64,000 nucleotides of DNA from Bacillales bacterium (GCA_016288795.1 JAEELI010000007.1:71206-135205), one strand, 5' to 3'; positions 1-9,789 are shown, numbered from the stretch's first letter. Notes: generated from the letters alone by a model not told the origin. Numbers and translations: made by a program.

Positions 1-463
1 GAACATACACATAACCATTTTCTTGAAAATATTTATGAATAGCATATGCTGCTACGCTTCTAACTCTAAATACAGCTTGAAAAAGATTTGTTCTAGGTCT
101 TAAATAAGCTATATCCCTTAAAAATTCTCTTGTTGGTCTTCCTTTTGCTTGTAAAGGATAATCTTTATCACAATCACCAAGCAATTTAATACTTTTTGCT
201 TTTAACTCGTATTCTTGAGTTCCAGATGATTTAACAATCATTCCAGTAACTTCTATTGCACTTCCTAATACATACTTAGATATCTTTTCAAAATCTTTTA
301 AAGAATCATCATATACAACTTGTAAGTGTTCTTGACAAGTTCCATCTGAAAAATCGATAAAACCAAAAGACTTTTGATCACGATTGCTTCTAATCCAGCC
401 ACACAAAGTAACCTCTTTATCTAAATATTTTTTCCAATCTTTGACTACATCTTTTATATCCAT
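1..463 (-). CDS. asnS: asparagine--tRNA ligase, N-terminal part (gene runs off the left window edge)
   Basis: Not in the ORF track because it is truncated. My translation from the ATG at 463 gives MDIKDVVKDWKKYLDKEVTLCGWIRSNRDQKSFGFIDFSDGTC...DYPLQAKGRPTREFLRDIAYLRPRTNLFQAVFRVRS..AIHKYFQENGYVYV. This is an OB-fold followed by the start of a class IIb core, as in AsnRS. AGGAGG lies 8 nt upstream. Confidence 0.75.
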   Translation of the reverse strand, partial: MDIKDVVKDWKKYLDKEVTLCGWIRSNRDQKSFGFIDFSDGTCQEHLQVVYDDSLKDFEKISKYVLGSAIEVTGMIVKSSGTQEYELKAKSIKLLGDCDKDYPLQAKGRPTREFLRDIAYLRPRTNLFQAVFRVRSVAAYAIHKYFQENGYVYV

Positions 464-474
464 AATAATTCCTC

Positions 475-1737
475 CTATAGGCGACCAATAACTTCTTCAA
501 CTATTTCATCTAAGTCTACTTTTTCTTCTTCTTTAGTCGCATTGTCTTTTATTGTAACTAATCCTTTCTTCAAATCTTCATTATTTAGAATAACTAATAA
601 TTTGGCATTTAAACGATCAGCTTCTTTGAACTCCCCTTTTAACCCTTTATTCATATTGTTAGTTTCTGTCATAACTCCATTTAATCTTAGGTTTTGAACA
701 ATATCTAAAGCATGCAATTTTTCCTCTTCAGAAACAAACATAACATATACTTCAATTTCTTTTTGAATATTTTTGTATAAATCTATTGTTTTTAATACTT
801 CAACAATTCTATCTATACCACATGCAAAACCAATGCCATATGACTCAGGTCCATCTAACTCTTTAATAAGTTTATTATATCGACCTCCGCCACCTAAGAC
901 ATTTGATTTAGTCTCTTCATTATCTAAAGATACTATTTCAAATACAGTATGATCATAATAATCTAGACCTCTAACTATATTTGAATCAACTTGATAATCA
1001 ATATCTAAGTAATCCAAGTATTGTAAGACTTTTTCAAATCTTTCTTTACTTTCTTTATTCAAATAATCTATAGTTTTTGGAGCATTTTTAAGTATTTCAC
1101 TATCTTTATCAACCTTACAATCAAGTATTCTCAAAGGATTAGTCTTTAATCTTTCCTGACAGTCTTCACATAACTCACCAATTTTGGGGGTAAGATATTT
1201 AACTAATGCCTCTTTATAATTGTTTCTTGATTCATTATCGCCAAGACTATTTATATTTACTTGTAAATTTGAAATATGTAACGCATTTAAGATATTATAT
1301 TGTAATGATATTACTTCAGCATCAACTAGTTCATCACCGCTACCTAAAACTTCTACTCCAAATTGAGTAAATTCTCTAAGTCTTCCTTTTTGAGGTCTTT
1401 CATAACGATACATAGTTTCATTATAATAATACTTTTTAGCATCAGGTAAAGCATACTCTTTATTCTCAATATAACTTCTAACTACTCCAGCAGTGCCTTC
1501 AGGCCTTAAAGTTATATTTCTATCACCTTTATCTTTAAAATCATAAGTTTCTTTTTTTACTATATCTGATGATTCACCAACACTTCTATGGAATAACTCG
1601 CTTGCTTCAAATATTGGTGTTCTTATAAATTCATAATTGTAGGCAGACATCATTGAATTAACTACGTTATTTACGTATTCCCATAGCAATGCATCGTTTC
1701 CTTTAATATCATTAGTTCCTTTTGGTTTAGTTATCAT
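475..1737 (-). CDS. hisS: histidine--tRNA ligase
   Basis: 420 aa with class II HisRS motifs (LRPEGTAGVVR, YRYERPQKGRLREFTQFG, GGGRYN). Preceded by a T-box leader. Confidence 0.95.
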   Translation of the reverse strand: MITKPKGTNDIKGNDALLWEYVNNVVNSMMSAYNYEFIRTPIFEASELFHRSVGESSDIVKKETYDFKDKGDRNITLRPEGTAGVVRSYIENKEYALPDAKKYYYNETMYRYERPQKGRLREFTQFGVEVLGSGDELVDAEVISLQYNILNALHISNLQVNINSLGDNESRNNYKEALVKYLTPKIGELCEDCQERLKTNPLRILDCKVDKDSEILKNAPKTIDYLNKESKERFEKVLQYLDYLDIDYQVDSNIVRGLDYYDHTVFEIVSLDNEETKSNVLGGGGRYNKLIKELDGPESYGIGFACGIDRIVEVLKTIDLYKNIQKEIEVYVMFVSEEEKLHALDIVQNLRLNGVMTETNNMNKGLKGEFKEADRLNAKLLVILNNEDLKKGLVTIKDNATKEEEKVDLDEIVEEVIGRL

Positions 1738-1744
1738 AATATCC

Positions 1745-1905
1745 CTCTTTCTAAATAAAAAAACCTAGAATATATAAGGGCGCTTATCAGCACGGTGCCA
1801 CCTTACTTCTAGGACTTTATATTTTATCGCTTATGCGTTTCTAATTATGAAAGTGTCTTCATTTATTAAGCTGTTCGACTTTTTCACCAACCGTCTTCGC
1901 TTTAA
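1745..1905 (-). promoter_or_regulatory. T-box leader (His) upstream of hisS
   Basis: The minus strand shows stem-I elements AGCGAAGA..GGTGAAA and the T-box core AAGGTGGCACCGTG (1791-1804). A terminator CCTAGAA..TTCTAGG followed by a T-run has a 5' arm that competes with the T-box. His codons (CAC, and CAU followed by A) sit in the candidate specifier region. Confidence 0.8.
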
Positions 1906-2025
1906 ACTTTTTCTTAATAAATTACTTTTCTTTCCATAGAAAAAATTTATATTATCATTTTAACACGTTTTCAAGATAATTACAACAAAATGAGAGGAAT
2001 CATGTTAGAAAAAACATAATTATGC

Positions 2026-3180
2026 TTAAGAACAATTTGCAAATCCATTGGAAGCTAATTCACACCGGTTGTATGTATTGGTATTTTCAACATAAACATT
2101 TCCTGTCTCAGACAAATTTAAAGATATTGAATTTTTATGGCATTCTAAATAACCATCACTTTGGTAAGTAGAGTTGCATGATAATCCCATGGTTCTCATC
2201 TCGGAATAATATGATGATGCATTGTTCCAGTTATTAGGTGGAATGCAATACTCTACGCCATTCCACTGACCACAAACTTCATCATAACTACCACTTGTAT
2301 ATCCTTTATAGTAATATGTTAACCCTGAAGAACTTGTTAATGGATTAGAAATCCTTTCGTTTGATACATTTGTTGGATCATAAATGTAATAATATCTATC
2401 TGATGCTATGCTACAATTAAAAGTTGGCACCGAAAGCGAAATGGTAATTTCTTTATCTGCTAAAATATTTTGTTCCAAATTACACAAACCGGTAAATGAT
2501 ATGTTTCCATATATACCTTTGTCTCCTAATCTTCTAGCTCCAATAATTGTTCCAGTAACATTTATTGGAAATAAATTGGAAGTATTAAAATCATATTCTC
2601 TATAATTAGAGCAATAATTAGCATAACAGGTTGCAGTATTACGCGGGTTTGTATCAAAATGCAACATTATTTGATTTGAGGTTTTGCTTGCCCAACGTTG
2701 AAAAACAGAATACAGGTTATTAGTTCCAGAAACTGAAGCATTTAAAGTATAATTACAATTATATACTTCATCCCCAGTTACGTTTGTATGCGCTAATCTA
2801 ATTAGCGAAGCGGACTCTACTTCCAAAGGAGTTCCATCGGTTGACCCAAAGTATATTACATCTATTTTATTTAGCAAATACTTTTCAGAGCTATTCTCTA
2901 GAGGAGTTACTCTATATTTTACTGATTTATCATTGGATAACAAACAGTTCATATTTCCTTTCATAATACTGATACCATTAACATTTAATGAAATTGAATT
3001 AGTATCCGGAACTAGTTGAACTCCTCCCATAGATGGAAAAGTTCCTCTAGCTGTTTTTGAACCAAAGCTATTAGTTGAAGTCACATTAAAATAGGCATAT
3101 GATGCCCTGATAATTACTATCAATAGCAGAACAAGAATTAATGAAATACGTATAACTATTTTTTTCCTTTTATCTTTCAT
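2026..3180 (-). CDS. secreted protein, 'AYF-signal' family member 1: TasA/camelysin-like signal and N-domain plus Cys-rich C-terminal cap
   Basis: N-terminus is KKIVIRISLILVLLLIVIIRASYA/YFNVTSTNSFGSKT. The N-domain is paralogous to that of 5521..7209 (YNCNYTLNASVSGTNNLYSVF versus YHCTYTLQISHTGTNDMYNKF). The last ~95 aa hold 7 Cys and end in ..NCS. It has its own promoter, TTGACC-18-TATTAT. Confidence 0.85.
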   Translation of the reverse strand: MKDKRKKIVIRISLILVLLLIVIIRASYAYFNVTSTNSFGSKTARGTFPSMGGVQLVPDTNSISLNVNGISIMKGNMNCLLSNDKSVKYRVTPLENSSEKYLLNKIDVIYFGSTDGTPLEVESASLIRLAHTNVTGDEVYNCNYTLNASVSGTNNLYSVFQRWASKTSNQIMLHFDTNPRNTATCYANYCSNYREYDFNTSNLFPINVTGTIIGARRLGDKGIYGNISFTGLCNLEQNILADKEITISLSVPTFNCSIASDRYYYIYDPTNVSNERISNPLTSSSGLTYYYKGYTSGSYDEVCGQWNGVEYCIPPNNWNNASSYYSEMRTMGLSCNSTYQSDGYLECHKNSISLNLSETGNVYVENTNTYNRCELASNGFANCS

Positions 3181-3264
3181 AAGTATCTCCTTTATTCATA
3201 CTACTATATAAATAATACAACAAAGGACCCCAAGGGGTCAAGACTAACACAAACAATAAAAATA

Positions 3265-5451
3265 TTATATATGTAAGGGGTCAATATCTATATCCAAGTT
3301 GATATCGGGTATATTTAAGTATATATTATCCAATTCTTTTAAAGAACTCATTAAATTATTATCAAATCTATATTTAATAACTATTTGAAATCTATAATTA
3401 TTATTAAATTTAAATAAATTAGCTGTAGTTGGTCCTAAAATAATTGAATTGCTATCTATATGTTCTTTCAAATAATTATATACTTTATTAGCGTGATTTA
3501 ATGCTTTATTATAATCCTTAGAAATAATTTTCAAACTAACTAAATAATAATAAGGTGGATATTTCATAATATGTCTTATATTCATTTCATAATCATAAAA
3601 ATCATCAAAATTATTATCTTTAACACAATTTAAAACATAATTATCTGGGTTATATGTTTGAATCAAAACATTACCTGGAAGAACTGATCTCCCTGCTCTT
3701 CCACTAGCTTGATATAACAAGCTGAATGTTCTTTCATTACTTCTAAAATCCGGAATATTTAAACTACTATCAGCATTTAATATACCGACTAAAGTTACAT
3801 TAGGGAAATCTAGTCCTTTACTAATCATTTGAGTTCCTAATAGAATGTCATACTTTAGATTTTTAAAATCCTCAATTATTCTTTCATGACTACCTTTTTT
3901 AGAGGTAGTGTCTTGATCCATTCTAATAACTTTAGCTTCAGGTAATAGTTTATGTAATTCATTTTCTACTTTTTCAGTTCCTAACCCAAGGTAACTTAAT
4001 CCCTCTTCAAAACAATTAGGACACTTATCTTCTTTTTTTGTAGAATATCCACAATAATGACATCTTAGATTATTAGTAGACTTATGATAAGTTAAAGTAA
4101 TTTCACAATTAGGACACTTATATGTCCATCCACAATTAGAACAAGTAATAGTAGTTGAATACCCTCTTCTATTAAGAAGAATTATGCTTTGTTCTTTTTT
4201 ATTTAGATTATCTTTTAATTTATTTAATAATTCATCACTAAATATAAAATTATGCTTCTTTATTTCAGGAATCATATCTATTATAGATACATTAGGGAGT
4301 ATGCTTTCACCTACTCTATTATTTAATCTAATATGTTTATATACCCCTTTAATAGCTCTAGCTCTAGTCTCTAAAGTAGGTGTGGCACTTCCTAAAACCA
4401 GTGGAGCATTATTATATATTGCTCTTTCTTTAGCTATATCTATCGCATTATATTTAGGAGTATTATCTTGTTTATATGAATCACTATGCTCCTCATCAAT
4501 TATAATAATTCCTATATTTTCTAAAGGAGCCCAAATGGCAGAGCGCGTTCCTACTACTATAGACACTTCTTTTTTTAATATTTTTAAATATTCATCATAC
4601 TTTTCACCATTAGATAAGGCGCTATGGAATATCGCCACTTTGCTTCCAAACCAATCATAAAATCTATTTACTACTTGCATTGTAAGACTTATTTCTGGAA
4701 CTAACATAATTGCAGTCTTACCATTTTCTATCACATTATTTATTAAGTTAAGATAAACTTCAGTCTTACCAGAGCCAGTAACTCCTTCTAATAAAAACAC
4801 CTCGTTTTTAGAACATGAACTAATTATATTATACGCATCTAACTGCTCTTTATTAAGTTTATGTCTACAGACACCTAAATCTTCATTTTTATTTATTCTA
4901 TATACTTGAGTCCATTCCTCTCTAATAAGATCTTTTTCTTTTAAAACATTAATAACATAACTAGAGCATTCACTTTTCAATATTTTTTCTTCTTTAAGTA
5001 ATAATTCTAAAAATTCAGTTTGTTTATTCTTTTTATTATATTCCTGCAAGTAATTATTAATATATTCTTTATCTTTATTTAAAACTATATATTTGTCATA
5101 TTTATTATAATCACTAACTTTATCCTTAATTTTCAATGAGGATGGTAACATAGTTTGATATGCCATAATTAATGGACATAAAGTTTTCTCTTTAACATAC
5201 TTCCCTAATTGCATCAATTCTTCATTTAAAACCAAGTCTTTATCAACTACATCAATTATTTCTTTTAATTCATAGGAATTATCATATTCACTCAAAATAT
5301 TAATTACGAAGCCATTAATTACCCTATTATTAAATGGTATTTGAACTTTCATACCAATTTTAATAATGTTTTGCAAAGATTTTGGAATAGAATATGTCCA
5401 ATATTTATCAATTTTCTTGGCAGGATATTCAATAAGTATTTCTGCAAACAT
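3265..5451 (-). CDS. priA: primosomal protein N' (replication restart helicase PriA)
   Basis: 728 aa with Walker A GVTGSGKT, a DEEH box and two CxxC..CxxC zinc-ribbon pairs (CSNCGW..CPNC, CHYCGY..CPNC). Confidence 0.95.
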   Translation of the reverse strand: MFAEILIEYPAKKIDKYWTYSIPKSLQNIIKIGMKVQIPFNNRVINGFVINILSEYDNSYELKEIIDVVDKDLVLNEELMQLGKYVKEKTLCPLIMAYQTMLPSSLKIKDKVSDYNKYDKYIVLNKDKEYINNYLQEYNKKNKQTEFLELLLKEEKILKSECSSYVINVLKEKDLIREEWTQVYRINKNEDLGVCRHKLNKEQLDAYNIISSCSKNEVFLLEGVTGSGKTEVYLNLINNVIENGKTAIMLVPEISLTMQVVNRFYDWFGSKVAIFHSALSNGEKYDEYLKILKKEVSIVVGTRSAIWAPLENIGIIIIDEEHSDSYKQDNTPKYNAIDIAKERAIYNNAPLVLGSATPTLETRARAIKGVYKHIRLNNRVGESILPNVSIIDMIPEIKKHNFIFSDELLNKLKDNLNKKEQSIILLNRRGYSTTITCSNCGWTYKCPNCEITLTYHKSTNNLRCHYCGYSTKKEDKCPNCFEEGLSYLGLGTEKVENELHKLLPEAKVIRMDQDTTSKKGSHERIIEDFKNLKYDILLGTQMISKGLDFPNVTLVGILNADSSLNIPDFRSNERTFSLLYQASGRAGRSVLPGNVLIQTYNPDNYVLNCVKDNNFDDFYDYEMNIRHIMKYPPYYYLVSLKIISKDYNKALNHANKVYNYLKEHIDSNSIILGPTTANLFKFNNNYRFQIVIKYRFDNNLMSSLKELDNIYLNIPDINLDIDIDPLHI

Positions 5452-5486
5452 AATAATTCTCCTTTATTAGATTATAAATTATAACA

Positions 5487-5513
5487 ACAAAAAAAGAAAG
5501 AAATATCTTTCTT
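5487..5513 (-). terminator. rho-independent terminator after the 5521..7209 gene
   Basis: Minus strand reads AAGAAAG-ATATTT-CTTTCTT followed by TTTTT. Confidence 0.6.
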
Positions 5514-5520
5514 TTAAAAT

Positions 5521-7209
5521 CTAAGTAGTCTTAGTAAATGTTCCGTTACTCCAAGTCCCAGTTACTCTAGTCCATTCTGGGTGAATACCGTTTTTTGAAC
5601 CTTCAAACATACCAGTAAAGTTAGTTACACCAGTAACATTCCAATCATTAATTGCAGATGCATCATCTAAGGATGAAGTTCCAGCAAACATTGCTTGCAT
5701 ATTATTTGCACTTTGAACATTCCAATTTTGCAATCCGTTTAAATTAACTAATCCGCTCATATAAGCGAATGTATTACTAAAATTATTGACACTTGATACG
5801 TTCCATTTTCTTAAACTATTTATTGAAGTTATAGAATCGTTACGCTGAAACATAACAGACATATTATTAACACTAGATACATTCCACGCCAGAAGGGCAT
5901 CTATATTAGCAATATGCATATTTACTAGATTGTCACATCCAAAAATCCCTCGCATATCTTGAGCTGTAGAAGTGTTCCAATTTTCTAAACCATTTAAAAC
6001 TAATAAACTAGTATTACATGAAAACATTGCCTGCATATTAGTAACACTTCCAATATTCCAGTATGATAGTGGTGTTAAATCTGCCAAACTCATTTGAACA
6101 TTATAAGTTCCAGCAAATATTTTAGATAAAGATGCAACATTGGAAACATCCCAATTAGAAAGTGGTGATAAGTTTGTTAAACTTATACTTCCAGCAAATG
6201 CAGATTGTAGTATTGTAACATTTGAAGTATCAATATATTGAAGTCCACTAATATTTACTAAATTTTCAAATCGTTGAAATCCATTTTTTAAAGTTGTATT
6301 TGCTTTTATTACTGAAGCAGGACTGTAATAATATAAAGTTCCATTATCAAACCATACATATATCTTACTATTTGACGATGCATCTTGAACTTCATGATCT
6401 GAAGTAAGAACACTTGCACTTGGTGTTCCACTATATTTTTGGATTGATGTTACGTTAGTATTATTATATGATGCTGCAGTTATATTTGATGCATTATTTG
6501 GCTCAGCAATTTGTTTCATCTTGATATTTAAATCTGGTCCTGGTAAAAGTATTGCATATGGGTTCTCTACTATATCACAATGTAAGGTGTTATTTTTGAT
6601 GGTTACTGTTACGTTAACATCTGTTCCCTGTAATCCATCTTGGTTAATTGTTCTACTATTTATAAATTGTAATCCCGCAGTTATCTCTTGATTGTCTCCT
6701 CCAGTTATATAGAAGTCTCCCTCTACTTCTGTTGGCATTCCACTGTTCCAATCATATCTTTGATGATTTACTATTAACTTTATTTGTTCTGCACTTTTAT
6801 TAGCATAGTTATTGGTAAATTTATTATACATATCATTTGTTCCTGTATGGCTTATTTGTAATGTATATGTGCAATGATAATAGGTTTCATCTGAACTTGG
6901 AGATACTGATGCTATGCCTAGAACCTCTTCATGATTATATGTCTTCTTTCCTGTATTGGATGCAAAATATGATGTTCCAGCATTTTCTTGCATCATATCT
7001 GCTTGATTTAAGGCCATAGTCAAAGATACACTTTGGCCTGTTACGGTCACTGAACCTGTTCCTTCTACGTCTGCTACTATTGTTTTTGTTCCAAAGCTAT
7101 TTGTTGTTGTTACATTAAAATAAGCATAGGTAAGTCCTATTCCTAATACAAGTAGACTAACAAAGAGAATACTTAAATATATTGTTATTTTTTTATTTCT
7201 ATTATCCAT
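5521..7209 (-). CDS. secreted protein, 'AYF-signal' family member 2, fused to a DUF285/BspA-type leucine-rich-repeat domain
   Basis: N-terminus is KKITIYLSILFVSLLVLGIGLTYA/YFNVTTTNSFGTKT. The C-terminal half carries about 9 copies of a ~25-aa repeat (L..WNVSSVTNM..MF), typical of the Mycoplasma DUF285/BspA LRR family. Confidence 0.9.
   Translation of the reverse strand: MDNRNKKITIYLSILFVSLLVLGIGLTYAYFNVTTTNSFGTKTIVADVEGTGSVTVTGQSVSLTMALNQADMMQENAGTSYFASNTGKKTYNHEEVLGIASVSPSSDETYYHCTYTLQISHTGTNDMYNKFTNNYANKSAEQIKLIVNHQRYDWNSGMPTEVEGDFYITGGDNQEITAGLQFINSRTINQDGLQGTDVNVTVTIKNNTLHCDIVENPYAILLPGPDLNIKMKQIAEPNNASNITAASYNNTNVTSIQKYSGTPSASVLTSDHEVQDASSNSKIYVWFDNGTLYYYSPASVIKANTTLKNGFQRFENLVNISGLQYIDTSNVTILQSAFAGSISLTNLSPLSNWDVSNVASLSKIFAGTYNVQMSLADLTPLSYWNIGSVTNMQAMFSCNTSLLVLNGLENWNTSTAQDMRGIFGCDNLVNMHIANIDALLAWNVSSVNNMSVMFQRNDSITSINSLRKWNVSSVNNFSNTFAYMSGLVNLNGLQNWNVQSANNMQAMFAGTSSLDDASAINDWNVTGVTNFTGMFEGSKNGIHPEWTRVTGTWSNGTFTKTT
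5599..6297 (-). repeat. about 9 tandem DUF285/BspA-type LRR units (coding repeat)
   Basis: Recurring units include SNWDVSNVASLSKIF, SYWNIGSVTNMQAMF, ENWNTSTAQDMRGIF, LAWNVSSVNNMSVMF, RKWNVSSVNNFSNTF, QNWNVQSANNMQAMF and NDWNVTGVTNFTGMF. Confidence 0.85.
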
Positions 7210-7269
7210 ACATCCATCTCCGTTATGTTATTAAAATAATAATTCTTTCATTATTCACTATCTATAATG

Positions 7270-7297
7270 ATTATATAATGATACCCCCCCCAGTCAA
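7270..7297 (-). promoter_or_regulatory. sigma-A-type promoter with a G8 homopolymer in the spacer (candidate phase-variable promoter)
   Basis: Minus strand reads TTGACT-GGGGGGGGTATCATTA-TATAAT (16-nt spacer), about 60 nt upstream of the ATG at 7209. The C8 run occupies 7284-7291 on the plus strand. Confidence 0.6.
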
Positions 7298-7341
7298 TTA
7301 ATTCCATGTAAAAGTTTGTTAAAAACTTTTATTTACAAATT

Positions 7342-7366
7342 AAAAAACCTCAATTATGAGGTTTTT
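7342..7366 (-). terminator. terminator after valS (symmetric hairpin)
   Basis: AAAACCTCA-ATTA-TGAGGTTTT flanked by A/T runs. It overlaps the valS stop codon. Confidence 0.7.
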
Positions 7367-9785
7367 ATTCTTCTTCTAAATCTAGTTCAATCTTATTTAC
7401 TTTATAATCTTTATCTTGATCATTTAATATTAAATCTTGAATAAATAATGTAGCTTTAAAGTCTTTGATTGAACTATTGATGGCATCTTTTAAAGACTTA
7501 TTTACACTTATATCTAGAACTTTAATTGGAGTCTTTAGTGATAAGTTTTGATTTGACTTCTCTCCTCTAGCTTGACTAACTATTTCTACTATTAAATCTC
7601 CATTTTTAGTCTCAGATTCAAAATCATATTCTAATGGTTTAATTTCAGTTAAATGAATTGATTTTGAATCACCATATAAAGCACTATAGATCTCTTCAGT
7701 AATAAATGGAAAGAAGATACTAAAATCTTGTAATAATTTATAAAGAATAATATAAATGGTTTTTTGACCAGAATATCTTGGAGTATCACCAAATTCTTCA
7801 GGTCGATATAATCTATGTTTTACTATTTCAATGTAGTTATCACAGAAATTCCAGAAGAATTTCTCTAGGTGATTTAATGCAAGTCCAACTTCATATTCGT
7901 CTAAGTATTTAATAAATCCTTCTTCCATATTTTTAAAACTACCTAATATCCATTTATCTATATATTCAAAGTCATTAAAATCTTTATCTACATAATCTTG
8001 TAAATGCATCTCAATAAACTTAGATACATTCCAAATCTTATTAACTAATTTTCTACCTCTTTGTAAAGTTTCTTCACTAAATACAATATCTGTTCCTAGT
8101 CTACCTGAACCTGCCCAATAACGAATAACATCAGCAGAATAATCACGAATTAAATCTACAGGTTCAACTTTACTATTACCTTTAGATTTACTAATCTTTT
8201 CTCCTTTATTAGCCATTACAAATCCAGATATCATAACATTATCCCAAGGTCTTTGGCCAAAGTGATAAAAACTCTTTACAATGGTATAAAAATCCCAAGT
8301 TCTGATAATTTCTGAAGCATTAGTTCTTAAACTCATTGGCTTTAATATATCTTCATAGTTTTTCTTTTCTCCATATCTCATATTAATTAATGGCGTAACT
8401 GAAGATGTTGCCCAAGTATCCATAACATCTGTTTCAGGAATAAAATTAGTTGATCCACATTTTGGACATTTTTTCACCTTGGGTTTATCTACCAGAGGAT
8501 TTACTGGTAAATCCTCTTTATTAGCAAAGATTGGTTCATTACAATCTTTGCAATACCACACAGGGAATGGAACTCCAAAGTATCTTTGTCTTGAAATACA
8601 CCAATCCCAAGCTACATTATTAACCCATTCATCGTATCTTGCGTGCATATGTTCTGGATGCCATTTTATTTCATTACCAATTTTAATAAAATCTTCTTTA
8701 TGATTCATAATATCTATGAACCATTGTTTCATAACTGAATATTCTACTTCTCTACCACATCTCTCGTGAGTTTGAACTTCGTGTTCTAACTCCTCAATCT
8801 TAACTACGTATCCACCATTTTGTAAATCTTCAATAATAGCCTTACGAGCTTCTTTTATCTTCATTCCACCATAATTAGGAACTGAATCTATTATTTTACC
8901 ATCTTCAGTAAAAATATATTTTAATGGTAAATTATACTTTTTCCAACATTCAATATCTGTTTGGTCTCCAAATGTACAACACATAACTACTCCAGTTCCT
9001 TTATCAATAGCAACTTTTTCATCAGCCATGATTGGAACTTCAATATCTAAAACAGGAATATGTGCAGTTTTACCTATTAAGTGATTATGTTCTTCGTCTG
9101 AAGGATTAACAAAAACGCATACGATAGCTGGAATAAGTTCTGGTCTAGTCGTAGCTATGGTGAATATTTCTCCATCAGTAGTAGAAAAATTAATATAATT
9201 AAATGTAGTCTTAATAGTTTTAGTTTCTAATTCAGCTTGAGCAATGGATGTTAAACATTCATTGCACCATAGCGCTGGACTTTCTTTGTGATAACAATGA
9301 CCCTTAGATACTAAATCCAAAAAAGATAATTGACTAATTTTTATTGTAGAAGGACTAACAGTTTTATAATGAATACTCCAATCAGTAGATACGCCCATAG
9401 AACTAAATAAACTTTGAAAATCAGCTTCATATTTATCAGTTGTGTCATAACATAATTTCGAAAATTCTTCTCTACCTATTTCATGAGCTTTTAATCCTTG
9501 TTCTTTTTCAACTAATCTTTCACTAGGTAAACCATTATCATCGAATCCAAATGGATAGAATACATTATAACCTCTTAGTCTTTTATATCTAGCCATCATT
9601 TCTGTTTGGGAATAAGAAAATATATGGCCAATATGGATATTACCACTTACAGTTGGCGGTGGTGTATCTATAGAGTAAACTTCTCTTTTATCTGGTTTAA
9701 ATTCATATATCTTATTATCTTCCCAATATTGAACCCACTTTTTTTCATTTTCCATAGCATTATATTTTTTTTCTAATTCTTTCAT
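7365..9785 (-). CDS. valS: valine--tRNA ligase
   Basis: Class I motifs PPPTVSGNIHIGH (HIGH) and KISKSKGN (KMSKS), plus the CP1 editing region. I place the start at MKELEKKYNAME (ATG 9785, GGAAAGGA RBS). The 21 upstream codons in the ORF track lie inside the T-box terminator. Confidence 0.93.
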   Translation of the reverse strand: MKELEKKYNAMENEKKWVQYWEDNKIYEFKPDKREVYSIDTPPPTVSGNIHIGHIFSYSQTEMMARYKRLRGYNVFYPFGFDDNGLPSERLVEKEQGLKAHEIGREEFSKLCYDTTDKYEADFQSLFSSMGVSTDWSIHYKTVSPSTIKISQLSFLDLVSKGHCYHKESPALWCNECLTSIAQAELETKTIKTTFNYINFSTTDGEIFTIATTRPELIPAIVCVFVNPSDEEHNHLIGKTAHIPVLDIEVPIMADEKVAIDKGTGVVMCCTFGDQTDIECWKKYNLPLKYIFTEDGKIIDSVPNYGGMKIKEARKAIIEDLQNGGYVVKIEELEHEVQTHERCGREVEYSVMKQWFIDIMNHKEDFIKIGNEIKWHPEHMHARYDEWVNNVAWDWCISRQRYFGVPFPVWYCKDCNEPIFANKEDLPVNPLVDKPKVKKCPKCGSTNFIPETDVMDTWATSSVTPLINMRYGEKKNYEDILKPMSLRTNASEIIRTWDFYTIVKSFYHFGQRPWDNVMISGFVMANKGEKISKSKGNSKVEPVDLIRDYSADVIRYWAGSGRLGTDIVFSEETLQRGRKLVNKIWNVSKFIEMHLQDYVDKDFNDFEYIDKWILGSFKNMEEGFIKYLDEYEVGLALNHLEKFFWNFCDNYIEIVKHRLYRPEEFGDTPRYSGQKTIYIILYKLLQDFSIFFPFITEEIYSALYGDSKSIHLTEIKPLEYDFESETKNGDLIVEIVSQARGEKSNQNLSLKTPIKVLDISVNKSLKDAINSSIKDFKATLFIQDLILNDQDKDYKVNKIELDLEEE

Positions 9786-9789
9786 ATTA

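Noticed and set aside
2408-2605. Plus-strand ORFs in the track that lie antisense inside well-supported minus-strand genes. They are 2408..2605, 4184..4660, 6837..7019, 8479..8703, 12566..12781, 14008..14199, 17840..18070, 18454..18666, 20999..21292, 22586..22786, 23651..23881, 31982..32170, 35453..35653, 38179..38361, 39736..39933, 40327..40509, 42915..43106, 43469..43699, 46215..46463, 46611..46820, 51365..51655, 51660..52010, 52749..52958, 55033..55248 and 56815..57090. The minus-strand ORF 32668..33027 inside ylbJ belongs to the same class.
   Set aside because: All are fully embedded in the opposite strand of CDSs with clear family motifs. They have low-complexity L/I/F/S-rich composition typical of antisense frames in AT-rich DNA, and they lack RBSs.
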